A stretch of 64,000 nucleotides of DNA from the NCBI GenBank assembly GCA_053919585.1, contig CM132791.1; one strand, written 5' to 3'. Shown here one piece after another: positions 13,161 through 26,439 of this stretch. The notes under the pieces are model-generated. The model worked only from the letters and a program-made list of their open reading frames with translations, was not told where the DNA came from and ran no database searches. The position numbers and the translations under genes were made by a program. The stretch comes from Euprymna scolopes. Its lineage: Eukaryota. Every line of letters starts with the position of its first letter. Within the stretch, counting starts at the first letter, position 1.

Positions 13161-13204
13161 ATTTAATTAGTTTTTTTTTAAATAAAGCTGTAGTGTTGTA
13201 TCCT

Positions 13205-13355
13205 TAAGGGTGACAATTCGATCGTAGTTTTAGGGTGGCAATTCGATCTGTAGTTTTAGGGTGACAACTCGATCGTTGTTTTAGGGTGACAATTCGATCG
13301 TAGTTTTAGGGTGACAATTCTATCGTTGTTTAAGGGTGACAATTCAATCGTAGTT
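13205..13355 (+). repeat. 25-bp minisatellite, 6 copies
   Basis: Unit tagggtgacaattcgatcgtagttt. Confidence 0.9.
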
Positions 13356-13521
13356 GCAAAAGTATTATTGAACTATATTTTTATTAAATACAAAATTAAA
13401 ATAATCAAAAGGAGTTTATTTGATGAACAAAAGTTTCATTAATTTTCATTCATACATATTAATATTTTTACCTAAAGAAAATAGTGTTTCATTTATAAGC
13501 AATCATCAACGTAGGAAGTGC

Positions 13522-13560
<39 letters not shown>

Positions 13561-13619
13561 AATTCTGTAAAAATATTTTTATATAACATATATATTATTT
13601 AAGAGCTGAACATAATTAC

Positions 13620-13810
13620 AGATCAATAAGACAAAAAATATAATTCAAAATTTATGATGCTGATCATCTTAGAATTTCTTCTTTTACTTCAGTTGACATT
13701 TACAACTCTTAATAGTAACTGCTTCGTATTACAAAATCAATCACTCAACTATTATATCAATCAATGAATCCATCATGCCTTTAATTCATCTGAAGGAATA
13801 GCAACCATCA
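13620..13810 (-). repeat. Diverged solo copy of the hammerhead-bearing repeat arm
   Basis: Aligns to about 7685-7870 (gttgacattta...caaaatcaatca...attata.caatc..tgaat...tcatc.gaag..atagcaac). The core has decayed to CAGAUGA...GAAG. Confidence 0.65.
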
Positions 13811-13879
13811 ATCCGTCAAAAGGAAATAAAGTGTTATTTGACATGATTAAAATCCGAAATTTGGAACAGAAGCTGCATA

Positions 13880-14550
13880 TACCTTCCCCTCTTCTCCAAC
13901 ATCAGTTGTCTTCGTTTCACACTTCCAGATGTTGAAATCCAATTAAAGCAGACCAAACTAAGCATATTGTTCTTATGTGAAACAAGCACTGAGCCAACTA
14001 TTTCCTTATATAATTTCCTGATCAAAGGATATTTTACAACATCAAATTCTGACCCTCAAATTGGCATGAGTATGAAGTGTGTGCCCGCATTAGATATTTG
14101 ATTCCATGTGGTAAAGGCATATCCAGAAAAGACTCTTTGTCCGATATGTGTTTTCGGGTTGTACTTGCTCACAGCACTGCGTACATATTTGCCCTCTCTG
14201 CCCCCCCCCCACAGCAGTGGTGTTACTATCATTAAGTGCATATCTGAAAAAATTTTACCAGATACTGTCTGTTAATTCCTCGGCAAACATTAACGTCTGT
14301 GGTGGAGTCAGTGTTCAAAACGTGGAATGTTTGGCACACTGAAAGAAGACAGATAATGAGGCGAGCTTCCGTCACGATTTTTCCATTCCTTATAAACTAG
14401 CTAAGATTATTCACGAACCAAGCCGTATGCTATACACTGACGGTCAGTATGCTAGTCCGCTAGACCTTTTTCTTACAACTTCTGCTGTACTATGTTATTC
14501 CTTTGTTCCGAATCAACTGCCATCTTTCGACCACTCATTTGCCTCAGATA
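13880..14550 (+). mobile_element. Decayed LINE APE-endonuclease fragment
   Basis: SNISCLRFTLPDVEIQLKQTKLSILFLCET (endonuclease N-terminal motif) at about 13895 and PLDLFLTT at about 14460. Confidence 0.6.
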
Positions 14551-16805
14551 ATGAAAAAAGAAACAAAATGTAATAATTAGACTGACTAATTATGACTAGA
14601 AAATATTATTGCCATTATTTTAACTTACGAGTATATATCCGACACAACTAGACACAGTTAATCATTTGAGAACCACATCACTTTATCTAAAAACATATAA
14701 GATATTTACTGATATATACTGAAAACTCAAAATAATGAAAAGTATTTTGTCTTAGCCCTAGTAATAAGTTCTCTGACGTATAGCGATACCTAATCTACAT
14801 TTATAACTAAAACGCACACACCCACACATATATATATATGTGTGTGTGTGTGTGTTTGTGTGTGTGTGCGTGTCTGTGTGTGTGTAGTAGGCGTTAAATT
14901 AAGTAACTATTTACATTCAACACAGAAAACGTAATTTCCTAATTTACTGATAATATGTATAACAAAAAAAATGATAATATATATATATATAACAAAAAAC
15001 TACCCAAATCCTATTTATTTAAAACAAAAATAATAATTTCTATTATTATAAAACTGACCCAGTCTAAATCTTTAATTTGTGAGTCAATTTCTTTAAAGAT
15101 GTCGACTTATCTCTCTAACAAGTAAAACTGTTTATTCCTTATAGTAAAGTTTCTTGTACCTTCATGCTATAAACAGGGTATCGAATCAACGTTTCAATCA
15201 TGATTTATACATTATTACTGTTTTAGAATAGAATTCGTAATTTAAAGTGAAATATAACATAATATAATAGATGAGGATTCGTTTGCTCGATGCATTTTAA
15301 TGTGAATATAATCAGTAGGGCTATGACAAACGCATATTCGTTTCATTTTTCTGACTTTTGAATATACATTCGACACAGTTAGAAACAGTTAATCAACCGA
15401 GAAGCACATCACTCTATATAAAAGATATATCAGGAGATAGACGTTTTCTTTGTATTATTAACTTGTTTTTTTTTATTTCCTTTATTTTTAATTGTTTATT
15501 CCTTCTGTAACCGGTGTGCAGTTTTATTTTTTTATTATATTTTTACTATTAATTTGTTTTGGTATACAATATTCTTTATAGAATATTAATATGTAACCTT
15601 AATTCCTTAGTATTATTAGTTAATATTTAACCATTATGACTTTGTATTATTAGCTTCCCTTTTTGCCTTTTTAAAATTTTTTTCCTGGAGTCATGTCTTT
15701 TTTGTCGAAAGACGAACACATGCTGTTTTTCTTTTGTTCTGTCTTCTATAAACATACCTTTTCCATTATAAAATGAATTATATATGTTTGTCAACCTGAA
15801 TTTAATGTTGTTAACGAGAAATGTAAGGTGAATGTTTTACGAACATTTTGAGAAGAAATCAAGAAAATGTTTAATTTTTGCAGTAAAAGGAAGTCATTTG
15901 ATTTGGCATGATTTCAACAGTGCAGAAATGTACACATATTTATAAATAAGTGAACATATTTCCTATCGCAATGCATTCAGTAAAAAAATTACAAAAATAA
16001 CAGTTTGGAATTGTAATTAATATATTGCTGCAGTTTGAAAGGCTGCATTGACAATGGAGAAAAAAGATTAAGTATACTATCAGAACAGGTGACAACTTTA
16101 CCGTAAATTCAATTATTAAATTACTAATAATAACCGACGATCAGTATGATTATAATAAACGTTAAAATATATGTTTTGCCTCGAATGTATTCCTTTTCTC
16201 TATAATTCATGAAAACGTGTATGCTTAATTCTTTGCATTGCTTTGTTGTTTTTTTCTTTCTAAAAAATGATACGGCTTTTAGTAATATAAAATACCCAGT
16301 TTACAAGGTACTTTCCGCATTTTAAAATAAACGGCATAGATTAATACGGCATGCACATTAAAAATTACAACATCATTGTGAAGTAGAGTATTATTACATT
16401 GCGTTTTTTTGTAAATAATAATAATTATAATAATCAGAAACATGTTTACAATTAAAAAGTGAGACCTCAATTTAGTCAAAAATAACAATAATAATTTCTC
16501 CACCCCCCTTTTGTTAACGTAGTTGTTGTATTTTTGTTCAATGTATTCTTCGTACAAATATGTTCTTTTTTTAACAAAAAATCTTGAGGTATTTCAAAAT
16601 CGGATTTTCATTTTGAGATTTCAAATTCTTGTTCGACAATTGTTGTGTCAGAATATTAAGTAAAAATAAAATAGACACGGATATCTCACCCAACAACTCA
16701 CTTTGTCCTATTGGCCTTCTGAGCAAGATCAATGTGTAGTATCTGTTATTCAGATGCTGCGCTTCAATTTCTTGTTCTCTCTTTGTGGAGTAGCCACCCC
16801 TCACA

Positions 16806-16858
<53 letters not shown>

Positions 16859-17129
16859 CATATTAAACGAAGTTTTAAAATAGATTACAAATACTATTGT
16901 ACAAATATTTGTTATTTTCAAAAAATAAATTTTAGTATTTAGAATTAAAATACAATTTCACACAGTAGGCCCATTGCATGCGTGTATATAACGTAATCAA
17001 GAGATGCAAATTTCAGAAACGGATAAAATTATGTTGCGAAAATAGTGTGTAAAATACTTTCTTCCGAGTGTATGAGACTTCACATATCTTGTTTTTATCT
17101 GTTTTTTTTACACCAAAAAAGTGAGGAGC

Positions 17130-17400
17130 TATGATTTGGGACGAAATTTGTAGGTACACTATGTAAGGAGTTTGGCAGTGTGATGATTGTTCACATTGCA
17201 CATGGAATTCAAGCAGAACAGTCCAGACCCGGGTAGAAATTCCAAAGTCTAGCAATTCGTATAAAGAAGTTATTTGCGTATTATGCTTTTTGGCATCTAG
17301 AGAGGTCTGCCGTGTGTGTTGGGGGGGATTTGCCACTTGTGAGATTTGTCGGGAGCATTTACATCAGTGGGCACCAGTTCGTTCTTTTTACATAGAAGTC
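17130..17400 (-). mobile_element. CR1/L2-group LINE (family A), decayed 3' fragment
   Basis: aattccaaagtctagc...catctag...gggatttgccacttgt matches the 3' ends of the copies at about 20560 and 33370. Confidence 0.55.
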
Positions 17401-17859
17401 ACACCTTATCAACGCCCAGATAATGTTAGCCAACGGGATAATATCGTTGTAATCGGAAGTAATGGAAATTTGGTAATTTGGGTTACTAAAGTGGACGGTT
17501 CAACAAGAATTTCCTTACGTTAGACTTGAAGGTATTGTAGTCAGCTGGAAATCAAGCAAAGAGAAGAGACGTCCACGGGCGTGCAGTTCTAAGAAAGAAA
17601 CTTTGTTCATGGGATGTACGGTTATGTTTGGGCACATATAAAGAGTGACGGGGAAATAATTGATAGTAACCTCAGCTAGACGAGTGCTTTTCGTTATAGT
17701 TTGGCAAAGGGGGACCATGTATTGGAGCTCTTGCCATGAAAATAACGATAAAACAGACAGGCTCGAAGCGTCTTTTTTGTGGTAAAAGTTTGCACGGAAG
17801 AGAAAAGGGAACCTCCACTAGGCTACTAAGTCTATTTAGAACTCTGTCAAGGTAGGAGA

Positions 17860-19095
17860 AGGCCTTCTAGAAGCTCCTGCCAAGTAGCAACAGTACTTCA
17901 TACTTGGACGTACCTGGCTTTACCTCCATATCAGAGAAAACAGAATCAGCGAGAACTTGGTCATTCACGAATGATTTTAGGATGTGATTTGGAAGATTAT
18001 TGATATAGATCAGGAAGAGAGTTTTGCCCATGGTGAGCCCCAGAGGGATTAATACTAATACTGATATTGATACTTTGGGTTTCTGATTTTTGCCTATCAA
18101 CCACCACTTTTCGGAACCTATCAGAGTAAAATGATTAAATAATTGAAAAAAAAAAACATTTCCAGATATGCCGTATCTGGAAATCTTGTGAAGTAGATCT
18201 TTATGCCATATCATATCAAAGGCCTTGATATGTCCGCAGCATTTGCCCTTGAAAGGAACCCTCTGTCCAGAAATTCGCTTATTCTATGAGATATAACTTT
18301 TAACACATCTGCTGTAAATCTAACGTAACGGAAGCTAAATTACATGTCGCTGTCAAAATTATTTTGCTGGTGTGATTAACTACTTCTATACTTAACACAT
18401 ATTCCAGCAACTTTCTCTTAAGCCACATTGGTCTATACTGAGAGGAAGATGATAGATAACGTGAATTCTTAAATTTACGACATACTGATGAGATTTCTCA
18501 AGCTTTCTGGACATTTCCTATTAAAGCATTTGTAAAACAGACACAGACATGCCACATTTCGACGATGGGACAGAGAATGGGGTTTGGATTTAAGTACGGG
18601 GCCTATAAAATTGGAAAATTTTCTTTAGGCTTTATCTAAGAGCGAAAGGCTAGTGGCAGACACACCATCCAAGATGTGACACTCATACTCCATGCAGGAT
18701 ACTTTCAGATTTGAGCAATCTTGTAGCTCGGTAGAAAGAACTAACATCCCTCGCACACGCTTTGGATATTAGCTCAATGTATATGTTCCAGTTCATGTTG
18801 TTTGTGAATGTTAAGCCAAGTAGCTTGATGGTAGTGCATTAAAGAAGCGTATCCTTAACCATGACTATAAGTTGTGAGGAAGATTTCTTGTAATTATTTA
18901 AGTAAATTAACTTAATCTTGGTGGCATTAAACGTTACCATACAGTTTCGCTATAGTATTCCTCTTAGGTTTTTATCATATCCTTAGAAATTCACGCATTC
19001 GTTTTCCCTTCGTGTCTGTTATAGAGCGTAAACTCATCAGCAAGTACACCCATCTCTGAGACAATTTTATCAGGTCATTTCTGAATATCAGGAAT
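17860..19095 (-). mobile_element. Adjacent decayed CR1/L2-group RT fragments (family B about 17860-18540; family A about 18540-19095)
   Basis: WHKDLLHKISRYGISGNVF and LFLIYINNLPNHILKS match family B at about 25170-25390. The distal part matches the family A RT 3' half. Confidence 0.7.
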
Positions 19096-19337
19096 AAACA
19101 CTCAGAATCGAGCAAACGAAGATTGAATTGAAAATCAATCTTTCCGTGAATAAAAAGTCATTTTAAAATATCAGGAAAAAAGTCATTTTAAAATATCAGG
19201 GAAAAAGTCATTTTAAAATATAATGTACTTCAAACAAAATAAAACAAAAATCGTAAAGATGACCAGTCTTTAAAAAAAAATAAGGAATAAACTTTATCTA
19301 TGGGATAATTTAGAGGAGAGTATTTTCCGGTGCGTAA

Positions 19338-19338
<1 letters not shown>

Positions 19339-19423
<85 letters not shown>

Positions 19424-19428
19424 TGTGT
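19339..19428. repeat. (GT)n microsatellite
   Basis: Long GT run. Confidence 0.95.
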
Positions 19429-20384
19429 ATGCAGCTGGGCTTTTAAAACATCAGAAAAAAATACCGAAAGTCCATCGTGTTAGCCGAAAACGTTTAGTTT
19501 AAGAAACCCTTTTGTGCTCTTTTCAGGGTACAAGTCAAGGATTTTGACAAGTAGGACACCGTATCACTACTAGTGGTCTCGAGCGGCAATAAGCTTCTGG
19601 CAACGAATATCCACCAAAGTGGCAGTAGCTTTGTGGACGGTGGCTCTCAGGTTTCATCTCTGACACAGTTGCCAAATCCTGTAGATTTGTCTTGACTGGA
19701 AAAATGTACTAATATTCTTTTATACGACAATCGTTTTTCTTTGGGTTTTAAATTATCCGTACAAAAAATAACGGATTCCAATGTTGTATTCTTCGATGAA
19801 AATGGCATAACCTGCTGCAGTTAAGCTCTAGTGAGCATACACTCTATGCTTCATGAATTGGTTTTGTCCAGCACCTCAAGCTCTTATATATTCGCTACGG
19901 CCTGTCGTAAAAGATATTTTTCAGTCTATATAATTGCTTAAAAAATAACCTTCGTCAGTGTCTGCTTATATACACTTGGCAGCTAAATAACAATTTACAT
20001 ACAGCTGGTTATATGATATATTGTTTGTTTAAAATACCCGTTTCTGTTTCAGAATGACAGTTATAACAAATAGTGACGGTGTGCACGGTGGGGGTGATGT
20101 GTATGTGTTTATTTTTGAGTGATAAAGAATGTGTCGCTCGCCCGTCATCGCCGCTTCAACTTTGTTGTTGTCTTCTAAACTATGTTATTGGCACAGATAA
20201 CCCAAAACCTTCCGCCATGTATTGTGTTGACATATCGGCCAGTCTCGCTAACCTCATCTCTGGCGATTCTACCTCCCTCATTTTGATTTTTTGACATAAT
20301 TCCCAGGAGTACACGATTATAGAATGTTGACCGACTACTTTAAACATAATTACTGGTAACTGGATTTTTATTTTAAAAAAATTT

Positions 20385-22925
20385 TTTTATTACATTTTCA
20401 CCCCATACAAGACACATTCCACTTTGGTGTAGGGAGCTACTAACAGGGGCAACAGCTACTGGGGTACTATGTAGGGATTTGGGCAGGAAGATGTTGGTTC
20501 ACGTTGTACTTGAACTTCTGAACGTCAGTACAGTTGGGGAAGCAGGGACCTGGAATGGAATTCCAAAGTCTAGCGGTTCTGAGGAAGAAACTACTGGAGT
20601 AGAAAGATCTTTTACATCTAGGGACTTCTACAATGTAGGGGTGGGATTTTGCAGCCTGTCGGGTCCGTCGAGGGTGTTCACGTCGTGCGGGCATAAGTGC
20701 TTGCAGTTCGTCAGAGCATTCACCATTAAAATACTTGTAGAAAAGGCAGAGGGATGCAACGTTTCATCGATGGGACAGAGGCTGAAGCTTAGATGCCAGT
20801 TCAGGGCCTATCAGATTTTCGACTCTCTTTTGAACCTAGTCAAGAAGCGAGAGACTAGTAGCCGATGTACCAGCCCAAATATGACAGCAATACTCCATAC
20901 ATGGGCGAATGGTTGCTTTATAGAGGTGCAGGATACTTTCGGGTGTTAGTAGTTTTCTAGCACGGTAGAGAGAGCCCACCTTCCTTGCAGCGGCCCTGGC
21001 AATGCTCTCGATGTAATTATTCCAACTCTTGTTTCCTGTGAACGTTAGACCAAGGAGGTTGAAAGACGTGCTCCCAGATAAAGAGTCGTTGGCCATTGCT
21101 ATAGGTGGTAGGAAAGGTTTCTTGTAATTATTGAATGAAACTAGTTTAGTCTTGGCGGCATTGAACGTGACCATCCATTTTGTCCCCATTCCACTACAGA
21201 TTGGAGGTCATCTTCTAGAGTGTCTGTCATTTCTTTAGATATGTGTTCATTTGTTTTCCTGTCGTGTCTGTTATAGAGTGTGGTGTCATCAGCATATATA
21301 CCCATCTCAGAGGCAATTTTGTCGGGGAGGTCATTTATGAATATCAGGAACAGCAGAGGTCCAAAGATGGACCCCTGAGACACTCCCGCATTTATATCAT
21401 ATTGTTTAGATGTACGACCGTCGAGGACAATCTGGATCTTTCTCTTATCTAAGAAGGATTTAATTATGCTAAGTATTCTACCAGTGATACCATATGATCT
21501 ATTCTTCCCGAGGAGACCCTCATGCCATACCCTGTCAAAAGCCTTAGATATATCTAGAGCTACCGCTCTGCCCTCTCCCGCTTTGTCCAGTGAATGTTAT
21601 ATCCGTTCAGAGATTACAGTTAGAATGTCTGCTGTGGAAAGGGCTTGTCTAAATCCATATTGTTCGTCAGTCAGAAGCTTAGCATATGTAAGGTGACGGA
21701 CTAGAGCATGGTTGATTAAGGTCTCAAATATTTTGGCAAAAAGTGGGAGGAGGCTAATGGGGCGATAATTTAATAGGTCAGTTCTTTCGCCAGAATTCTT
21801 GAATACTGGTACCACAGAAGCAGTTTTTCAACAGCCCGAAAATCAAGCTTCATTAAGGCATTTGTTGTAGAGTTTGTAGAGAACTGGGGCTACTTCAGCT
21901 GAGCAATTTTAATAGCACAGCTGGGATGAGGTCGGGTCCACATGCTTTGGAAGTGTCAAGATTTTTTATGATAGCATGTGCTTAAGCAGGGGTGATTTGT
22001 AGATCGTCTAGTGTGGCGTCTGTCCGCATAGGAAATTCAGGTAGGGGGTGGTTGGAAGGGTCCAGTGTGGAGTGTGAGGCAAATCGACTGGCAAGCATGT
22101 TAGCCTATTCGGTTGCTGAGCAAACAACCTCGTGATTGTTGGTTAATGGGGGAATTGTTGATTGCCCATTACTTACTACACTGTTGTAGACTTTCCAGAA
22201 GTCACGAGTTCCTAGTTTTTGTGCTTCTATGCGTTTTTTAGTGGTTTCCATAAATTCTCTCTTAGCTGTTGCTATTTCCTTCTTAACATTACTTCTAGCT
22301 TCTATGTACTTCTGTCTGTTTGAACTGGACTTATGTAAGTTAAATCTGCGGTATGCATGCTGCCTTGGAGCAATGGCAGTTGCGCAGGTCGAAGTAAACC
22401 ATTGGGGAGAGTTGGGCTTGGTATAAAATTTCCGCATGGGAACATGCGCTTCGATTGCAGTTTTGAGCCATTCAGTTGTCTCGTTTACACACTGTTCAGC
22501 AGGATGAAAAAAGATTTTTCCCCATGGTGCATCTCTGATAAGATCTCTAATGGCTCCCCAGTCAGCCTTTTTATAATATCTCGTTGCTTATAAGCACTAG
22601 GTCTTCAGTTTTGGCTCTAGAGTTTAGGGCGATTTCAACCATTATCACTGCATGATCAGCGTTCCCAAGTAGGCTGTTGGCATTCGTTATACAATCATCA
22701 GGAACTGTGGTCATAAACAGATCGAAAAGTTATGCGTGTTGTTTTTCCTGGACAGGGAAACAGGTTGGAAAAGAACAAATTTGTGATAAGGAGTGAGATA
22801 TAGAGAAGCTATGAGTTGTACTGCCTGCTGCATCTGTGTAAGTAGAGAATCCAAGACAGTTTTTGTGATGGATATTAAAGTCACCAAATACATGTACTTG
22901 GACGCTAGTGTCGATTATCTCCACT
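20385..22925 (-). mobile_element. CR1/L2-group LINE (family A), 5'-truncated within the endonuclease, pseudogenised
   Basis: VFGDFNIHH, PQWFTSTC, NYRPISLLP, QYGFR, QGSIFGPLLFLIFINDLP, YADD, IRPCMEYCCHIWAG, FFLRTARLWNSIP. The 3' UTR ends in an A-rich tail at about 20385. Confidence 0.92.
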
Positions 22926-23032
22926 TCTTATTTACAAAATATATTTGATATATTTTTCGAACTTTCTCGCACCTTTCTTACGAACCTTCTTTATCATAGA
23001 ATGCAACAAAATAATAGACATGTATTCACAAA

Positions 23033-23415
23033 AATGCACAATAATAAACACAACATAATATATTTATAATGCACAATAATAACCACAGCATTATATATTT
23101 ATAATGAACACTTATAACTATAACATTATATATTTATAATGCACAATAATAACCACAACATTATATATTTATAATTCACAATAATAACCACAACATTATA
23201 TATTTATAATGCACAATAATAACCAGAACATTATATATTTATAATGCACAATAATAACCACAACATTATATATTTATAATGCACAAATATAACCACAACA
23301 TTATACATTTATAATTCACAATAATAACCACAACATTATATATTTATAATTCACAATAATTACCACAACATTATATATTTATAATTCACAATAATAACCA
23401 CAACATTATATATTT
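23033..23415 (+). repeat. 35-bp minisatellite, about 11 copies
   Basis: Unit ttatatatttataatgcacaataataaccacaaca. Confidence 0.95.
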
Positions 23416-23999
23416 AGTCCGCCGCACACAAGTGAATTTTCATGGATCATTTTTTTTTTCATTTTTCTTTTTTACTTTTCAGTTTTCTGAAGATTTTTCT
23501 GTAATGTTTGTCAAGTTAGTTCATATATTTGTCATGAACATTACGTTTTTATAATTTACACAATTTAATATCATATGCACATAAAAATGAGTCTTTGTTT
23601 TGTTTTTTTACTGGGGACACCTCGGGTCGTGTTCATTAATCATTGAGAGTAAACGCGTCGTAATTATTAAATTTCAAATAAAATATAAACTTTTATTTTT
23701 AATTTTGTTATTAAAAACGCAAATAAAGATTAATTGTATTATTTTTTATTTGTATAGTTTTGTTAATTTTTTTGTATCCATTATGTCCTTTCCTTCTGCT
23801 TAGTTTATTCTTCATATCTTAACTTCTTTCTATTCCACGTTCTATGTTGAAACGAAAGCGTTTTATCTAAATATCATTCGTGAATAGCCCAATGAAAGGA
23901 GTGTTTTTTATTATTTTACTTTGCACCTCCAATAGATTACCGTCTCTATAGGCAAGTGAGGTTACATTTCCAACTAACTGCTAATTACGTTATGGAACA

Positions 24000-26363
24000 C
24001 CTACCTATACTCTGCCTTAAGCACACCAGAATAAGGAAAAGTTTGATTTTTGAATTCGCAATACTTGCCCCTGTTGCATTTCTCTGTTATCTTTCGAACC
24101 ACTTCACTTTCTCCACATAAGCATCTCTCTTTTGACCACCAACCCTTAAACGTCAATTATCTGGAAGTGCTTGAGTTACGCCACGTAGCATCTCCTCAGA
24201 TCGTGTCGAGCTATTATGCTCGTTTACATATGCCCTACCGGCAGGAGATTGAGATGCAATTTGATATATGAGCTACTGCTAACAGCATTGTAATACAAAA
24301 GCGTGCGTTCTATCCCAAATATCATCAATGGACCTGAGATCATCTCGTTAGAATCAGACAAGGCCAGACTATTTGCCAAGACCTTTGCAGCTAATTGTAC
24401 CCCATGCGGCAATGGCCTGTTTTCCTCCTATAACAGACAACACGTTATACAACATACACATATCTGTGCGTAAGTTAACCAAGCTAATGAAGAATCTTGA
24501 CTCCAGTAAAGCAACTGGCAATGACGGCATTCCAGTTATAGTGCTAAAAAAGCTCCAACCAGAACTTGACCCCATACTTACAAAACTGTTTAAGCGTTGC
24601 CTTAAGCAGAAGTGCTTTCTAACACCCAGGAAAACCTAATCGGCATGCCCTGTATTTAAGAATTCAGGTGAAAAGTCATCTCCCTCTCAGTACAGAGTAA
24701 TAAGTCTCCTGTGTTTCATGAGTAAGTTGTTGGAATCAATATTAAATAAAGAAGTAGTCAACCACCTCAACAGAAACAACCTTCTTAGTGACATGCAATA
24801 AGGTTTCCGCTCTGCAAGATCTGCAGGAGATGTGCAAACGGTTATATCACATAGGGTTAGTGAATCTCTTGAAAGAGGTTTCCTTTCCAGGATATCATGA
24901 ACAAAGCTTCTTTCTTAGAACTGCCCGCCTGTGGAACTCTGTTACGTCTGCCTGCTTCCCACCTGACTACAACTTGGATGTCTTCAAGTCCAACGTTAAC
25001 AAATTCCTAATGAACCGCCCCGTTAAGTAAACACTTAATCGAATCTCCACACTTACGTAATGTACTTGCAATAACCCTTATCCCTGAGTGGCTTCCGGGC
25101 CTTGATAAGTGGTGATCACTGTGTACAAAAAAATTGCTCTTGACATATCAAAGGCCTTCGATAAGCTATGGCATAAAGGCCTACTCCACAAGATCTCCAG
25201 CTAGAGTATTACTGGAAATGTTTTCTCAATCATTAAATCATTTCTCTCTGATAGGTTCATAAGAGTAGTGGTTGATGGGCAGAAATCAGAGACCCACAGT
25301 ATTAATGCTGCAGTCCCCCCAAGGGTCACTCCTTGGCCCAACTCTCTTCCTGATCTACATCAATGATCTCCCAAAACACATACTTAAATCAGTCGCTGAC
25401 ATCTATGCTGATGACACGAACAATTTATGGCAACACATAAAAGGCCGTAAATGAAAAAGTTCTCTCTAATTCTCTCTCCTCTGATCTTGAGCGCGTGGTA
25501 CAATGGGGGAAGAGGTGGCTGGTCACTTTTAATGCATTCAAAACCATGCTTCTATCTTTACATCATCAACGCTGCGATCCCCATCTGGCATCAATTGAAA
25601 TGAATGGCTCTCATCTAGGAGAGACCCCATGTTTTGACAAGCTTCTGGGTTTGATCTTTACTCCTGATCTGAAATGGAACACATACATCAAGTCTGTAGC
25701 CAGGGACGCTGGGAAAATGGTGGGATCCTTCTACCGCTCCAGAAGATATCTCACTAATGATACAATTCTCTATCTGTATAAAAGCCAAGTACGTCCAAGG
25801 AAGGAGTACTGCTGCCACATCTGGGCAGGAGCTGCTAAAAACAGCCTATCCTGCATAGACAGAGTATAAAATAGCCTTCGTTGTTTTGTGGGGGATGCCC
25901 TTTTCTTTTCTCTGCAGCCTCTCTCTCACATAGGAGGTGTTGCGAGCCTGTCTTTGTTTTATCGTTATTTCCATGGCAAGTGCTCGTTTGAGCTCCAATC
26001 TCTCGTGCCCCCTCGCCAATCTTTCACGAGAAACACCCGTCTGGCTGACACTACTGTCAATAATTTTCCCCACTCTTTATCTGTGCCTAAATCCAAACGT
26101 AGATTCCATGAGCAGAACTTCTTAGAAGTGCACGGTTGTGGAACTCTCTTCCGTTCGCCTGTTTCCCACCTTACTACAACTTGGATGTCTTCAAATCCAA
26201 CATAAAAAAATCCTGACAAACCGCCCCCTCAAGTAAGACACTTTCAAATCTCCAATACTAATGATTACTACAATACTATTCATTGATTACTGTACACGCA
26301 ATAACCCTTATCCCTGAGTGGCCTTCGGGCCTTGATAAGTGGTGATCCCCTGGTGAAAAAAGA
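24000..26363 (+). mobile_element. CR1/L2-group LINE (family B), 5'-truncated, interrupted by a short copy of its own 3' end
   Basis: [64 protein letters not shown]. The 3' UTR ends ccttgataagtggtgatcccctggtgaaaaaa. Confidence 0.9.
24881..25133 (+). mobile_element. Short 5'-truncated family B LINE copy nested in the RT of the host copy
   Basis: HEQSFFLRTARLWNSV...MNRPVK*, then the 3' UTR (aataacccttatccctgagtggc...ccttgataagtggtgatc) and an A tail. This duplicates about 26105-26363. Confidence 0.8.
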
Positions 26364-26439
26364 ATGTACAATAAGCGTGATGAATTTCTCCGAGTTTTTT
26401 TCATGCGTTTACTGGACAGCATCTGAATGTCGCATCGAT

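Noticed and set aside
19485-19530. Hammerhead-like motif on the minus strand (a similar case at about 32240-32277)
   Set aside because: Both core segments are mutated and the stems are poor; indistinguishable from chance.
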